Below, piece after piece: positions 50,026 through 60,399 of a DNA stretch of 64,000 nucleotides. The stretch covers positions 4,480-68,479 of the forward strand of contig CAYMXZ010000001.1 of the NCBI GenBank assembly GCA_964394475.1, read 5' to 3'. Origin of the DNA: an uncultured Caldithrix sp. (GTDB taxonomy: Bacteria; Calditrichota; Calditrichia; RBG-13-44-9). The notes under the pieces were generated by a model. The model saw only the letters and a program-made list of their open reading frames with translations. It made no database searches and was not told where the DNA came from. Every line of letters starts with the position of its first letter. Positions within the stretch are counted from its first letter, which is position 1. The position numbers and the translations under genes are program-made.

Positions 50026-53000
50026 ATGAAATTAATAAAATTTTTGCTCATCATCTTGACCATAATGCTATTAACTAACAGTGCCTACTCACAGTTTGGG
50101 AAGAATAAGATTCAATATAAAAATTTTGAATGGTATTATATTCAAAGTAAGCATTTTGATGTTTATTATTATCCAGGGGCTGAAAAACTGGCTGAGTTTA
50201 CGGCAGAAGTGGCCGAAGATGCCTATGAACAACTCAAGCGAGATTTTTCATATGAGGTGAAAGAGCGCCTGGTTTTTATCGTTTATAGATCTCATAATGA
50301 TTGGCAGCAAACCAATGTGGTTTTGAGTTACCTGGAAGAAGGCATCGGTGGAGTAACTGAGTTATATAAAAATCGAATTGTCGTTCCCTTCGAAGGTTCC
50401 TATGCCCAGTTCCGCCATGTGATTCATCACGAATTAGTCCATGGGGTAATGAATGATTTACTGTATGGCGGATCGGTTCAATCTTTAGTGATGGGAGAAG
50501 TGGTACCGGTCCCTTCATGGGTCGCTGAAGGATTATCAGAATTTCAATCGACCGGCTGGAATACCAATACGGATATGATTGTTCGTGATGCGGTATTATC
50601 TAATTATATCCCTTCCATTCAATATTTAGAATATTTTCTGGTTTACCAGGGAGGGAATTCAGTTTTTCGATATATTGCAGAAACATACGGGCGGGAAAAA
50701 ATTGGTGAAATATTATTGAAAGCCCGTGGAAATATTGGTTTTCAGCAGATTTTAGTCTCGAGCATTGGTTTGGACTATGAGGGTTTGACAGAAAAATGGC
50801 ATCGATATTTGCAAAAAAATTATGCCCCGGAGATTACCAACCGCCAGATTCCGAAGGAGTTCAGTGAGCAATTAACCAATCATAAGAAATTAAACAATTT
50901 TTTAAATCTCAGTCCGGCCATAGCTCCACAGGGAGATAAGATCGCCTATATTTCCGATCGATCTGGCTTTCAAAACATTTATCTGATGTCCGCCATTGAT
51001 GGGAAAGAAATAAAAGTACTGGTGAAAGGGGAGAGGTCAGAAAGTTTTGAGGAACTCCATTTTTTGCGGCCGGGTATGAGTTTTTCTCCTGACGGAAAAA
51101 AGTTAGCCTTCACGGCAAAGTCAGGCCCATGGGATGCGATTTATATAGTGGATGTGAAAAGTGGTAAGACCGAAAAACATGTTATAAAATTAGATGGTGC
51201 TTTCACAGCCTCCTGGTCACCGGATGGAGATAAAATTGCCTTTGTGGGAAATTTGAATGAAAAGAGTGATATCTTCATTTTCAATTTAAAAACCAGACAG
51301 TATAGCCAGCTGACCAATGATGTTTTCACTGATGACCAACCCTCCTGGTCTCCGGATGGTCGTTATATCGCTTTTGTTTCTGACCGAGGAGCGTATCTCT
51401 CAGATAAGGATTTACCTTCCGACTTTCGCATGCATGAATATGATTATGAATTTCGTGATGTGTACTTGATTGATGTGAATAGTGGAGAAATCATTCGTTG
51501 CACCAATACTCCCTGGGAGGAGGCGTATCCTATTTTCTCTCCAGATGGGAAAAAACTGGCATATACCTCTGATGAAAGTGGCATCTTTAATATTTATCTG
51601 CAGGATTTACAAACCGGTGAGTATTATCCGGTGACTAATATTCAATCTGGCGTTCTGCAGATCAATTGGGACAAAGAGGCCAATAAATTAGTTTACACCA
51701 CTTTTTTCCAGGGCGGTTTTGATATTTATCTTATTAATAATCCATTAAAATTAGCACCACAGAAACTGGAACTTACTCAATTTGCGCGGGATATGCGAAG
51801 TGATAAACCCCCTATCTATTCTCGAAAATGGGAACCGGAGATAAAAGAAACAGCAGAAGAAGATAAAAGACCTCAAGAAATGAAGGGTGAACAACCAGCC
51901 GATTACAGCCGTTACGTTTTTGGAAGCTACCGTCCCCGACCGGAAAGAAAAGATCCAAAAGAAATCGAAATGCCTGATTTTAAGGTGAAGGATGAATTCG
52001 GCAACTATCGTTCCCGAAAATATAAGATAAAATTTTCTCCAGATATTGTGACCGGGACTGCCGGTTACAACACTTTTTTTGGCTTTGAAGGATATACTTC
52101 TTTTGCCTTCAGTGATCTATTGGGAGATCATCAGATTTTTGTTAATGCGGCCTTATGGGCCGATCTGCGAAACAGTAATTTTGCGTTGATGTATTATTTC
52201 CTGAAGCGACGATTGAATTTAGGATTCGGCGGATTTCATCTGGTCTATTTGCTTTCTGACGGCTTTTATATTTTTCGTTATCGAAATTATGGGGTAAATT
52301 TTTTAGCTTCCTATCCCCTCACCAGATTCAACCGCTTCGATTTATTTTTCATCTGGTATAACGTCAATTTAGAATATCTGGATTTTATTATTCCGACCAC
52401 AAAAATCAGTGCCATCTTACCTGAAATTCAATATGTGCACGATAATGTATTATGGGGTGTTCGCTGGGGAGTATATTCCCCGGTCAGCGGATCCCGTTAT
52501 TATGTTTCCATGCGCCTCAGTCCCAAGTTTAGTGACACGAATCTGGATTTCAGAACATTCAGTGCAGATTATCGGCGCTACTTTATGCTCAGCCCTCAGT
52601 ACCAACTGGCTTTTCGAACAACTTTTGGTGCCAGTTTCGGAACCGATGCTCAACAATTTTTCGTGGGTGGAATGGATAACTGGATCAACCAGAAATACCG
52701 TATGGGGAAAAGAATAAGCAACATTAAGGATGTTTTTTTCTCTGAATTCATTACCCCATTACGTGGTGCCTATTATTATGAAAGAACGGGTAACCGCTTC
52801 TTTTTAGTCAATGCTGAGTTTCGTTTTCCACTGATAAAGTATATGCAATTAGGTTTTCCACCTGTCAGTTTCTTTAATATCAGTGGCGTGGTCTTTTATG
52901 ATATCGGAGCGGCCTGGGATCAGGAGGATTCCCGCTGGTGGAGCCTTGATAATTTTCAGGGCATGGCCAATGGCAAATTTCGCGACCTGATTAGTGGTTA

Positions 53001-53121
53001 TGGAATTGGCGCTCGAATTTATTTCTTCGGCTTTATGGTGCGATATGATATCGCCTGGCCGTATGATTTTGATAGAAGCTCAAGACCGATTCATTATATT
53101 TCGTTGGGTTTAAATTTCTAA
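50026..53121 (+). CDS. Large secreted/outer-membrane protein: N-terminal HExxH (MA-clan-like) domain + TolB-type WD40-like beta-propeller repeats + C-terminal probable Omp85/BamA-like beta-barrel
   Basis: The signal peptide is MKLIKFLLIILTIMLLTNSAYSQ. The HExxH region is ..HVIHHELVHGVMND...VAEGLSEF (HExxH + E). PD40-like repeats follow (..SPDGKKLAFTAKSG.., ..SWSPDGDKIAFVGN.., ..SPDGRYIAFVSDRG.., ..SPDGKKLAYTSDESG..). The C-terminal ~400 aa are rich in amphipathic beta strands and end ..YISLGLNF. The protein is 1031 aa. Confidence 0.55.
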   Translation: MKLIKFLLIILTIMLLTNSAYSQFGKNKIQYKNFEWYYIQSKHFDVYYYPGAEKLAEFTAEVAEDAYEQLKRDFSYEVKERLVFIVYRSHNDWQQTNVVLSYLEEGIGGVTELYKNRIVVPFEGSYAQFRHVIHHELVHGVMNDLLYGGSVQSLVMGEVVPVPSWVAEGLSEFQSTGWNTNTDMIVRDAVLSNYIPSIQYLEYFLVYQGGNSVFRYIAETYGREKIGEILLKARGNIGFQQILVSSIGLDYEGLTEKWHRYLQKNYAPEITNRQIPKEFSEQLTNHKKLNNFLNLSPAIAPQGDKIAYISDRSGFQNIYLMSAIDGKEIKVLVKGERSESFEELHFLRPGMSFSPDGKKLAFTAKSGPWDAIYIVDVKSGKTEKHVIKLDGAFTASWSPDGDKIAFVGNLNEKSDIFIFNLKTRQYSQLTNDVFTDDQPSWSPDGRYIAFVSDRGAYLSDKDLPSDFRMHEYDYEFRDVYLIDVNSGEIIRCTNTPWEEAYPIFSPDGKKLAYTSDESGIFNIYLQDLQTGEYYPVTNIQSGVLQINWDKEANKLVYTTFFQGGFDIYLINNPLKLAPQKLELTQFARDMRSDKPPIYSRKWEPEIKETAEEDKRPQEMKGEQPADYSRYVFGSYRPRPERKDPKEIEMPDFKVKDEFGNYRSRKYKIKFSPDIVTGTAGYNTFFGFEGYTSFAFSDLLGDHQIFVNAALWADLRNSNFALMYYFLKRRLNLGFGGFHLVYLLSDGFYIFRYRNYGVNFLASYPLTRFNRFDLFFIWYNVNLEYLDFIIPTTKISAILPEIQYVHDNVLWGVRWGVYSPVSGSRYYVSMRLSPKFSDTNLDFRTFSADYRRYFMLSPQYQLAFRTTFGASFGTDAQQFFVGGMDNWINQKYRMGKRISNIKDVFFSEFITPLRGAYYYERTGNRFFLVNAEFRFPLIKYMQLGFPPVSFFNISGVVFYDIGAAWDQEDSRWWSLDNFQGMANGKFRDLISGYGIGARIYFFGFMVRYDIAWPYDFDRSSRPIHYISLGLNF

Positions 53122-53293
53122 TCTATTGCAGGCGATTCGTCATTAACTAACGGTAAAGAATTTAGAAATGGTGCCGGGTTCCGTTTGCTGATTTCGGAGT
53201 GGCGCGGATTGAAATCTGAAACTATCACTCATGTGGATTGATTCGCCCGCCCGGATACATGATTGGTATTTATGATGAAATAAGTGGCATAGC

Positions 53294-54670
53294 ATGGTTA
53301 AGTCGAAGTCCATATACATCTGTAACCAGTGTGGGTATGAGAGCCCAAAATGGACCGGAAAATGTCCTGAGTGCGGAAAATGGAATAGCCTGGAAGAGAG
53401 CAAACCTCAACCCAAAACAACCAAAATCCAGAAGTCTTCTACCCGAGTTCCTTTATTACTTTCCACCACTGACCTGCAACCGCAAACGCGCCTGATTTCT
53501 GGAATCCGCGAGTTTGATCGGGTCCTGGGAGGAGGGATTTTTCATTCATCGGTCAATCTCATTGCCGGTGATCCGGGAATTGGAAAATCAACTTTATTGC
53601 TGCAGGTCGCTGGCGCTCTGGCTCAAAAAGGAATTACGATAATTTTTGTGAGCGCCGAGGAATCATTCTGGCAAATTCAAAATCGTGCCCAACGCCTGGG
53701 ATTAGATAAACTCCCCATTCCAATTTTAGTAGAAACTGAATTAGAAAATATCCTTTATCATATCAATCAGGTCCAGCCGCAAGTGGTGGTGATTGATTCT
53801 ATCCAGGCCGTTTATACTCAGAATGCGGTTGGCGCACCGGGGAATGTGAGCCAGATTCGGGAATGCTCCGCCCAGCTTTTCCGGGACGCTAAAGAAAAAG
53901 GTTGGTCTCTTTTTCTGGTGGGACATATTACCAAAGAAGGCGGTATTGCTGGTCCTAAGTTACTGGAACATACGGTAGATGTGGTTATCTATTTTGAAGG
54001 AGACTCATTTAATCAATACCGGATTTTACGATCCTTGAAAAATCGTTTTGGTCCCTCCCAGGAAATCGGTCTGTTTTGTATGGAAAAAGATGGATTAAAA
54101 GAAGTAACTAATCCATCTCACCTGTTTATTGATGAACAATCGTCCAATCGGGTGGGGTCGAGCGTGGTGTGCAGTTTCCAGGGATCACGGCCAATATTAG
54201 CCGAAGTTCAGTCTCTGGTGGCTCGCTCCAATTATGGAGTACCCCAGCGCACCGTCAGTGGATTTGACCACCGCAAATTAGCGCTGCTGCTGGCCATCCT
54301 TGAGAAACATTGCGGATTAAATTTTTCGTTCTACGATGTATTTGTCAAAATTGCCGGTGGACTTCGTATTGACGATCCAGCTATCGATCTGGGGATTTCG
54401 GCGTCGCTATACTCCAGCTATGTGAATCAACCCTTAGATCATCAGTCAGTATATATCGGCGAGATTGGTTTAAATGGACAGGTGCGAAGTGTTTCCCAGC
54501 TTGATAAAAGAGTGGAGGAAGCCATGCGACTGGGTTTTCACTCCATTTTTATTCCTGCCTGGGAAAAATTAAAAGTTCCCTCTTCATCGAACCTCAACCT
54601 CAAACCTCTGAAACACATTTCCGATTTTATAAAAAAAGCTAACTTACACGATACGAAGAGTGAAAGATGA
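53294..54670 (+). CDS. radA: DNA repair protein RadA (Sms)
   Basis: The N-terminal Zn ribbon is ..YICNQCGYESPKWTGKCPECGKWNS.. Walker A is GDPGIGKSTLLLQ. The KNRFG motif and a C-terminal Lon-like domain are present. The protein is 458 aa. Confidence 0.92.
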   Translation: MVKSKSIYICNQCGYESPKWTGKCPECGKWNSLEESKPQPKTTKIQKSSTRVPLLLSTTDLQPQTRLISGIREFDRVLGGGIFHSSVNLIAGDPGIGKSTLLLQVAGALAQKGITIIFVSAEESFWQIQNRAQRLGLDKLPIPILVETELENILYHINQVQPQVVVIDSIQAVYTQNAVGAPGNVSQIRECSAQLFRDAKEKGWSLFLVGHITKEGGIAGPKLLEHTVDVVIYFEGDSFNQYRILRSLKNRFGPSQEIGLFCMEKDGLKEVTNPSHLFIDEQSSNRVGSSVVCSFQGSRPILAEVQSLVARSNYGVPQRTVSGFDHRKLALLLAILEKHCGLNFSFYDVFVKIAGGLRIDDPAIDLGISASLYSSYVNQPLDHQSVYIGEIGLNGQVRSVSQLDKRVEEAMRLGFHSIFIPAWEKLKVPSSSNLNLKPLKHISDFIKKANLHDTKSER

Positions 54671-55605
54671 TTTTCCAAAATTTACATTTCCATAAGACCA
54701 TTCTTATCGGTTTGTGGGTCGGATTCTCTCATGTTTTATTTTCTCAGGAAATTACATCCACGGCAGGTGTCAATTGGTCGGTCCGCGCCATAATCGATGC
54801 TCAGGAAACTCCCACCGGGATATTGCAAAATGTCACTGCAATCGATCTGGATACCGAAGGTAATCTCTACATTATAGATAGTGGACGGAATCGTTTGCTC
54901 AAATATTCAGCTGCCGGAACATTTATGAAAGAAATAGGAGGATTTGGAAGGGGACCCGAGCAATTTAACGATCCACGCGATGTGGATGCTCATCTCACGC
55001 TAAATATCTTTGTGGCTGATTTTAACAACAATCGAATTGTGCGGTTTGATTCGAACCTAAATTACCTGAATGATTTTAATCCGGTCTTTAATAGTTCGTT
55101 TTATTTTGAAATGCCTTTAAGCGTGGCGGTGAATAACCAATATGATGTATTTATCCTGGAAGATTTAAATAAGCGCATTGTTAAAATTGGTCGCTTTAAT
55201 CAGCCGCTGACGGTCTTTGGAGCGACTTCTGAGAATTTAGGTCAATTGCTGGGACCTTATCAAGTTACTCTGGGCAGTCGAAATATGCTTTATGTTTCTG
55301 ATCCACTGAGTGGCTCAATTCAAATTTATGATTTCTTGGGAAATTATATTGGGAATATCATCCATCCTGATTTTATTGAACCAAAAGGAATTTTTACGAC
55401 AGCACAGGGAGAATTGCTGGTGGCTGATCCCAAAGGTCAAACCATCTATTTTTTTAATCATCATCACCTGCTTGACGATATTCTGGATGTGAAGATTTTG
55501 GCGATCAATCCCCTGGATATTGCACTCTGGAATCCGGGCGCGGAAAGAAACCGCATTCTTTACATTGTTTCCTCTCGCGCTTGTGTTGTTCTCTCTTCTG
55601 AATAA
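54667..55605 (+). CDS. NHL-repeat (six-bladed beta-propeller) protein, secreted
   Basis: Repeated ..LYIIDSGRNRLLKYS.., ..IFVADFNNNRIVRFDS.., ..DVFILEDLNKRIVKI.. are NHL-type blades. The N-terminus is hydrophobic. The start overlaps the radA stop (ATGA). Confidence 0.6.
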   Translation: MIFQNLHFHKTILIGLWVGFSHVLFSQEITSTAGVNWSVRAIIDAQETPTGILQNVTAIDLDTEGNLYIIDSGRNRLLKYSAAGTFMKEIGGFGRGPEQFNDPRDVDAHLTLNIFVADFNNNRIVRFDSNLNYLNDFNPVFNSSFYFEMPLSVAVNNQYDVFILEDLNKRIVKIGRFNQPLTVFGATSENLGQLLGPYQVTLGSRNMLYVSDPLSGSIQIYDFLGNYIGNIIHPDFIEPKGIFTTAQGELLVADPKGQTIYFFNHHHLLDDILDVKILAINPLDIALWNPGAERNRILYIVSSRACVVLSSE

Positions 55606-55844
55606 ACGATTTCTTCAAAAACTGCTTAGAATGAATGTTCGACGAACCGCTGAAATGTCATACTGAATTCATGCAGAAATATGTTTAATGATAATTCAGT
55701 AGTGTGAGGAGGCAATATTCCTCTATTTTCTTTTGAAATCATAAGTCCATCGGCGTGACCAGCATAATCCAAAATTTATATTTTTTTACTATCATTAAGG
55801 TTATATATTATTGATTCGAAGATTTAAATAAGTAATTTTTTACC

Positions 55845-57461
55845 ATGGAGTATACAATGAATATTATCATAATAACAGTGGCTTTTATTAGCGGGTTATT
55901 TTTTGGAGCGATAGTTTATCATTTCCTTCGAAAACGGAAAATAAACCAGGCTGAGCAACGAGTCAAAGAGATGATGCATGAAGCTCAGAAGAAGCAGGAA
56001 AAAATGGAACGGGAGGCCTACCTGGCCGCCAAGGAAAAACTGTATCATGAAAAGAATCAATTTGTGAAGCAGATGAAGCAGCGGGAGAGTGAATTTAACA
56101 ATATGGAAGAGCGTCTGCGGCAAAAGGAGAAGGAGATTAAAAAACAAGCCAGCAAATATCAGGAAAAAGAATGGCAGATAAATAAGCGGGAGCAGGAACT
56201 GAATAAATGGGAAAGAAGTATTCGTGAGAAAGAAAAAGAAATCAATCTACTTCGCGAACAACAGATGAAAAATCTGGAGGAAATCAGTGCGCTGACCCGC
56301 GAGGAAGCAAAAAAATTATTAATTGATTCTATGATTACTCAGGCGCGAGCTGAAGCGGCACAAAGCATTATCGATATCAAGCGTGAAGCCGAAGAACGAG
56401 CCCGCATAGAAGCCAAAGAAATTATGGCATTTGCCATTGAACGGATGGCGACCGAATACACGATGGAATCGACCTTGATATCGGTTGAGCTTCCCAATGA
56501 TGAATGGAAAGGTATTGTGATCGGGAGGGATGGTCGCAATATTAAAGCGTTTGAAGCGGCTACCGGTGTAAAAGTGATTGTGGATGATACACCAGAAACA
56601 GTCGTTATGTCCAGTTTTGATCCGGTCAAGCGCGAAATCGCTCGAATTGCCATGGAGCGGTTGATTAAGATAAAAAATATTAATCCCAAAACCATTGAAA
56701 GCGAAGTTGAAAAAGCTTCCCGCGAGGTAGAAGCCAGCGTTAAAAAAGCCGCTGAAGAAACCTTGCAGGAATTGAAGATTAAAAATGTGCATCCTGATAT
56801 GCGGGAATATCTGGGGAGACTAAAATATCGAACCAGCTACGGACAAAATATTCTCCAGCACTCGAAGGAAGTAGCCTGGCTGGCAGCAGGAATGGCGGCA
56901 GAATTGGGATTAGATGTTCATTTAGCCAAACGGGCAGGTTTATTCCACGATATCGGAAAGGCCGTTAGTGGGGACTCCGAAGGAAGCCATGTGTCAATTG
57001 GAGTCGAATTGGCAACCCGCTGTAATGAACATCCGGTTGTTATTAATTCTATTTTAGCTCATCATGAGGAAGCAGAACCTATTTCACCAATTTCCGTGTT
57101 AGTCACAGCGGCCGATCGCATCAGTGGGGCTCGCCCGGGTGCCCGGCGGGAATCCCTGGAAGCTTATGCAGAGCGAATTACTAAGTTAGAAGAATTGGCG
57201 AATTCCTTTGAGGGTGTGGGGAAAACTTATGCCTTATCAGCCGGTCGCGAAATTCGGGTAATGATTATACCGGAAAAAATTTCTGATAATGAGGCAAAGC
57301 TGCTGGCTTCTGATATTGCTCGAAAAATTAAAGAGACCATGGAATATCCCGGCCAGATAAAAGTCACTGTTATTCGTCAAACGATTGCCAACAGTTTCAC
57401 TGACGAATTTTTACCTGGACAAAATGGGAAGAAATCGGAACCTGTGGTGACTGAAAATTAA
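55845..57461 (+). CDS. rny: Ribonuclease Y
   Basis: An N-terminal TM helix is followed by a long Lys/Glu-rich coiled coil. A KH domain (..IVIGRDGRNIKAFEAATGVKVIVDD..) and an HD domain (..GLFHDIGKA..) follow. The protein is 538 aa. Confidence 0.9.
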   Translation: MEYTMNIIIITVAFISGLFFGAIVYHFLRKRKINQAEQRVKEMMHEAQKKQEKMEREAYLAAKEKLYHEKNQFVKQMKQRESEFNNMEERLRQKEKEIKKQASKYQEKEWQINKREQELNKWERSIREKEKEINLLREQQMKNLEEISALTREEAKKLLIDSMITQARAEAAQSIIDIKREAEERARIEAKEIMAFAIERMATEYTMESTLISVELPNDEWKGIVIGRDGRNIKAFEAATGVKVIVDDTPETVVMSSFDPVKREIARIAMERLIKIKNINPKTIESEVEKASREVEASVKKAAEETLQELKIKNVHPDMREYLGRLKYRTSYGQNILQHSKEVAWLAAGMAAELGLDVHLAKRAGLFHDIGKAVSGDSEGSHVSIGVELATRCNEHPVVINSILAHHEEAEPISPISVLVTAADRISGARPGARRESLEAYAERITKLEELANSFEGVGKTYALSAGREIRVMIIPEKISDNEAKLLASDIARKIKETMEYPGQIKVTVIRQTIANSFTDEFLPGQNGKKSEPVVTEN

Positions 57462-57483
57462 TGAAAATCGATCGGGTAGCATT

Positions 57484-57939
57484 ATGACAAATTTCTCTCT
57501 TGATTCGATCCATGCTCTGCAAATCGCCATGCAGAATGAAAAAGATACAATCCAGATTTATGAGCATATGCTCAACCATGTCCGGGATTCAAAAGGGAGA
57601 GAATTGATTCATCGTTTAATTATTGACGAACATCAGCATCAAGCCAGGATAAAAGAAAAGATTCTACTCGCAGGAGGAAGAATAGCCCCCCTTGATGTGA
57701 CGATTGAGATTGGCTTTCCCAATCGTGAGCAGATTTTTGAAATGGAATTGGAAAACTGCTCGGTCTCGGAATTAATAAATATCGCCCTGCAAAGTGAACA
57801 AATGAATCGGGACTTTTACGATTACCAATTCAAAAGGGCCAGGAACAAGGAAGTAAAAAACATTTTCAAATGGTTAATGGATCAAGAAGATTTACATATT
57901 CAGAATTTACAGGAAGAGTATCAACAATATTTAGCGTGA
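57484..57939 (+). CDS. Ferritin-like/rubrerythrin-like di-iron four-helix-bundle protein
   Basis: The 151-aa protein has two E...ExxH half-sites: ..QNEKDTIQIYE...IIDEHQHQ.. and ..QSEQMNRDFY...LMDQEDLHIQNL.. It starts 22 nt after the rny stop. Confidence 0.55.
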   Translation: MTNFSLDSIHALQIAMQNEKDTIQIYEHMLNHVRDSKGRELIHRLIIDEHQHQARIKEKILLAGGRIAPLDVTIEIGFPNREQIFEMELENCSVSELINIALQSEQMNRDFYDYQFKRARNKEVKNIFKWLMDQEDLHIQNLQEEYQQYLA

Positions 57940-58112
57940 TAGACCATCGGGGTTCCGTTCCCACTTTCTAAAACATGTTCCTTTCATAGATTATCTGATC
58001 AGGACCATGCCTACTGACTGAAAGCAGAGGCTATTTTTCAGGAGAAAAGTAGGCGAGAAAAATTGTTTACAAATCTATATTTTTTTTTATTATATTCATT
58101 ATCACAAAAGGA

Positions 58113-58961
58113 TTGTTTGATAGCGAGGCGATGGAACCACTAAGAAAGTATCGTAAAGCCGGCAGCGCAGGATCTTTCTATTCCCGCGATAAATTAATCC
58201 TCGAACGCGAATTAAGCATGTTCTTAGAATCTGCTCCTACTCTCGAGCTGTCGCGTCCTATTCGCAGCATTATAGTCCCCCATGCCGGTTATCTTTATTC
58301 CGGCGGCGTGGCAGCGCGCGCCTATGCTCAGATATTAAATTCCCGGTACCGACGGGTCATTGTTATTGCCGTCAGCACCGAAGAGCAATACCCTTTCTGC
58401 AGTATTTATCCTGGTTTAGGCTATGAAACTCCCTTCGGTGAAGTTCCGATTGACCAACTTTACACCAAAAAGTTATGTTCCTATTCAAACTTAATCCAAT
58501 TATCCGAAAGTGGGCATTCCACGAAGGAACATACCATTGAAGTTCAGCTTCCTTTTTTGCAATTATGCCTGGGAAAGTTTGACCTTATTCCCATCATGAT
58601 GGGTGAGCAAAATTTAAATTTGATCAACAGCCTGGTAGAAGCGATTACTAAAAATATCCCGGCTGAGAATACCCTGATTGTAGCCAGCAGTGATCTTTCC
58701 CATGGCCATCCGGATCAAAAAGCACGGGTATTAGACCAGGTAGCCATTGATCTCATCAACCAATTCGACGAAAAGAGGCTCTGGCGAGAAATCCAAGAAC
58801 AACAAACTGAGTTATCGGGTCATAGTGCGGTTATCGCTTCCATGAAAATAGCCAAAGCAATGGGTGCAAAAGATGCCAAGGTTTTAATCCATCGCCATTC
58901 GGGAGATATATCGGGAAATACCCGTGAAGTAGAAGGTTACCTCTCTGCTGTAATCTGGTAA
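58113..58961 (+). CDS. MEMO1-family protein (AmmeMemoRadiSam system protein B type)
   Basis: ..RSIIVPHAGYLYSGGVAARAYAQI.. is the Memo-family signature (PHAGY.YSG). A later ..SSDLSHGHP.. is present. The protein is 282 aa. Confidence 0.8.
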   Translation: MFDSEAMEPLRKYRKAGSAGSFYSRDKLILERELSMFLESAPTLELSRPIRSIIVPHAGYLYSGGVAARAYAQILNSRYRRVIVIAVSTEEQYPFCSIYPGLGYETPFGEVPIDQLYTKKLCSYSNLIQLSESGHSTKEHTIEVQLPFLQLCLGKFDLIPIMMGEQNLNLINSLVEAITKNIPAENTLIVASSDLSHGHPDQKARVLDQVAIDLINQFDEKRLWREIQEQQTELSGHSAVIASMKIAKAMGAKDAKVLIHRHSGDISGNTREVEGYLSAVIW

Positions 58962-59058
58962 TGAAGGAGTTGATGATTGTGAAGAGAATTTTAGATTTAT
59001 AGCAGCCCGGGAAATGATGAAGCAAGCGGAAAGGTGATCAAATAACAGGGGTAATTAG

Positions 59059-59697
59059 ATGCGTGGCAGAATATTTCTGCTGATTTTATCAGTCATATTG
59101 TGGAAAGGATTTATCATGAATGCCGGCGATACCCAACCGATCGTAGGATTAAATCATGATGAAAAGGTGTATCTGCTTTCTCTGGCACGAAATACTATTT
59201 CACATTATCTGGAAACAAAAAAATTACCAACAACGACTCCGGTTAGTGAGAAACTGAAAGAAAAATTTGGTGTATTTGTAACTCTTCACAAGCATGGTCA
59301 ATTGCGGGGATGTATTGGATATGTGGAAGGTATTAGTCCCCTTTATCAGGCGGTTATGGAAATGGCTAAATCAGCCGCTTTTAATGATCCACGCTTTCCT
59401 CCGGTTCAGAAGAATGAAGTTCCGGAATTGGAGATTGAAATATCGGTTCTATCGCCTTTAAAGAAAATAAAAGATGTGAAGGAAATTCAGGTCGGTAAGC
59501 ATGGCATCATCATTCAGCAAGGTTTTCATCGCGGTCTTTTACTGCCACAGGTCGCTACCGAGTGGGGATGGAACCGTGAAGAATTTTTGCAGCAAACCTG
59601 TCATAAAGCCGGACTACCGCCGGAGGCCTGGAAAGATCCGTCCAGTGATATTTATATCTTTTCTGCCGAAATTTTTAATGAGAAGGACGTCAAGTAG
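59059..59697 (+). CDS. AMMECR1-domain protein (AmmeMemoRadiSam system protein A type)
   Basis: ..GVFVTLHKHGQLRGCIGYVEGISPLYQAVMEMAKSAAFNDPRFPPV.. is the AMMECR1 core, with the conserved LRGCIG motif. Confidence 0.8.
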   Translation: MRGRIFLLILSVILWKGFIMNAGDTQPIVGLNHDEKVYLLSLARNTISHYLETKKLPTTTPVSEKLKEKFGVFVTLHKHGQLRGCIGYVEGISPLYQAVMEMAKSAAFNDPRFPPVQKNEVPELEIEISVLSPLKKIKDVKEIQVGKHGIIIQQGFHRGLLLPQVATEWGWNREEFLQQTCHKAGLPPEAWKDPSSDIYIFSAEIFNEKDVK

Positions 59698-59744
59698 AGC
59701 TTCAAATTACTTTTGCTAAATGAAGATTTGTCTGAACGAATTGG

Positions 59745-60368
59745 TTGAAAGGGAAGAAGATGGGAACTACCGCTAAAATACTGATTGGAATTCTGGTATT
59801 GATCGTTATAGTCGCCGTTATCGTCATCGGCTGGTTATTCAGTATACGAAACCAAATGGTGACTCTTGAAGAAAGCGTCAATTCGAGTTGGGCACAGGTG
59901 CAAAATCAGTATCAACGAAGATATGATTTAATTCCCAATTTAGTGGAAACTGTTAAAGGTTATGCCGCACAGGAGAGAGAAGTGCTGCTGGGGGTGACTG
60001 AAGCGCGGGCGAAAGCGGGTGGAGTAATGAATATGTCGCCCGAACTCTTAAATGATCCTCAGGCCTTTGCCCGTTTCCAGGAAGCGCAAGCTGGATTAAG
60101 CAGCGCCTTGCAACGTCTGTTAGTGGTGGTCGAACGATATCCGGATTTGAAGTCGAATCAGAATTTCTTAACCTTACAAGCCCAGCTGGAAGGCACTGAG
60201 AATCGAATCGCTGTAGAACGAAGAAGATTTAATGAACAGGTTCAGGCATATAATAGTTATATACGCCGTTTTCCGCAAGCCCTGGTGGCAAGCATTTTTG
60301 GATTTAAAACAAAGTCTTATTTTGAGGCTACCGCCGAGGCTGAACAAGCACCAAAGGTCCAATTTTAA
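59745..60368 (+). CDS. lemA: LemA family protein
   Basis: An N-terminal TM helix is followed by ..SWAQVQNQYQRRYDLIPNLVETVKGYAAQEREVL..., the canonical LemA core. The protein is 207 aa. Confidence 0.85.
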   Translation: MKGKKMGTTAKILIGILVLIVIVAVIVIGWLFSIRNQMVTLEESVNSSWAQVQNQYQRRYDLIPNLVETVKGYAAQEREVLLGVTEARAKAGGVMNMSPELLNDPQAFARFQEAQAGLSSALQRLLVVVERYPDLKSNQNFLTLQAQLEGTENRIAVERRRFNEQVQAYNSYIRRFPQALVASIFGFKTKSYFEATAEAEQAPKVQF

Positions 60369-60399
60369 AATACGGGCAAAGGCTGCTGGTGAGAAATTC

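Noticed and set aside
56319-56792. 157- and 118-aa minus-strand ORFs inside rny
   Set aside because: They are an antisense artefact of the Lys/Glu-rich coiled-coil coding region of RNase Y.
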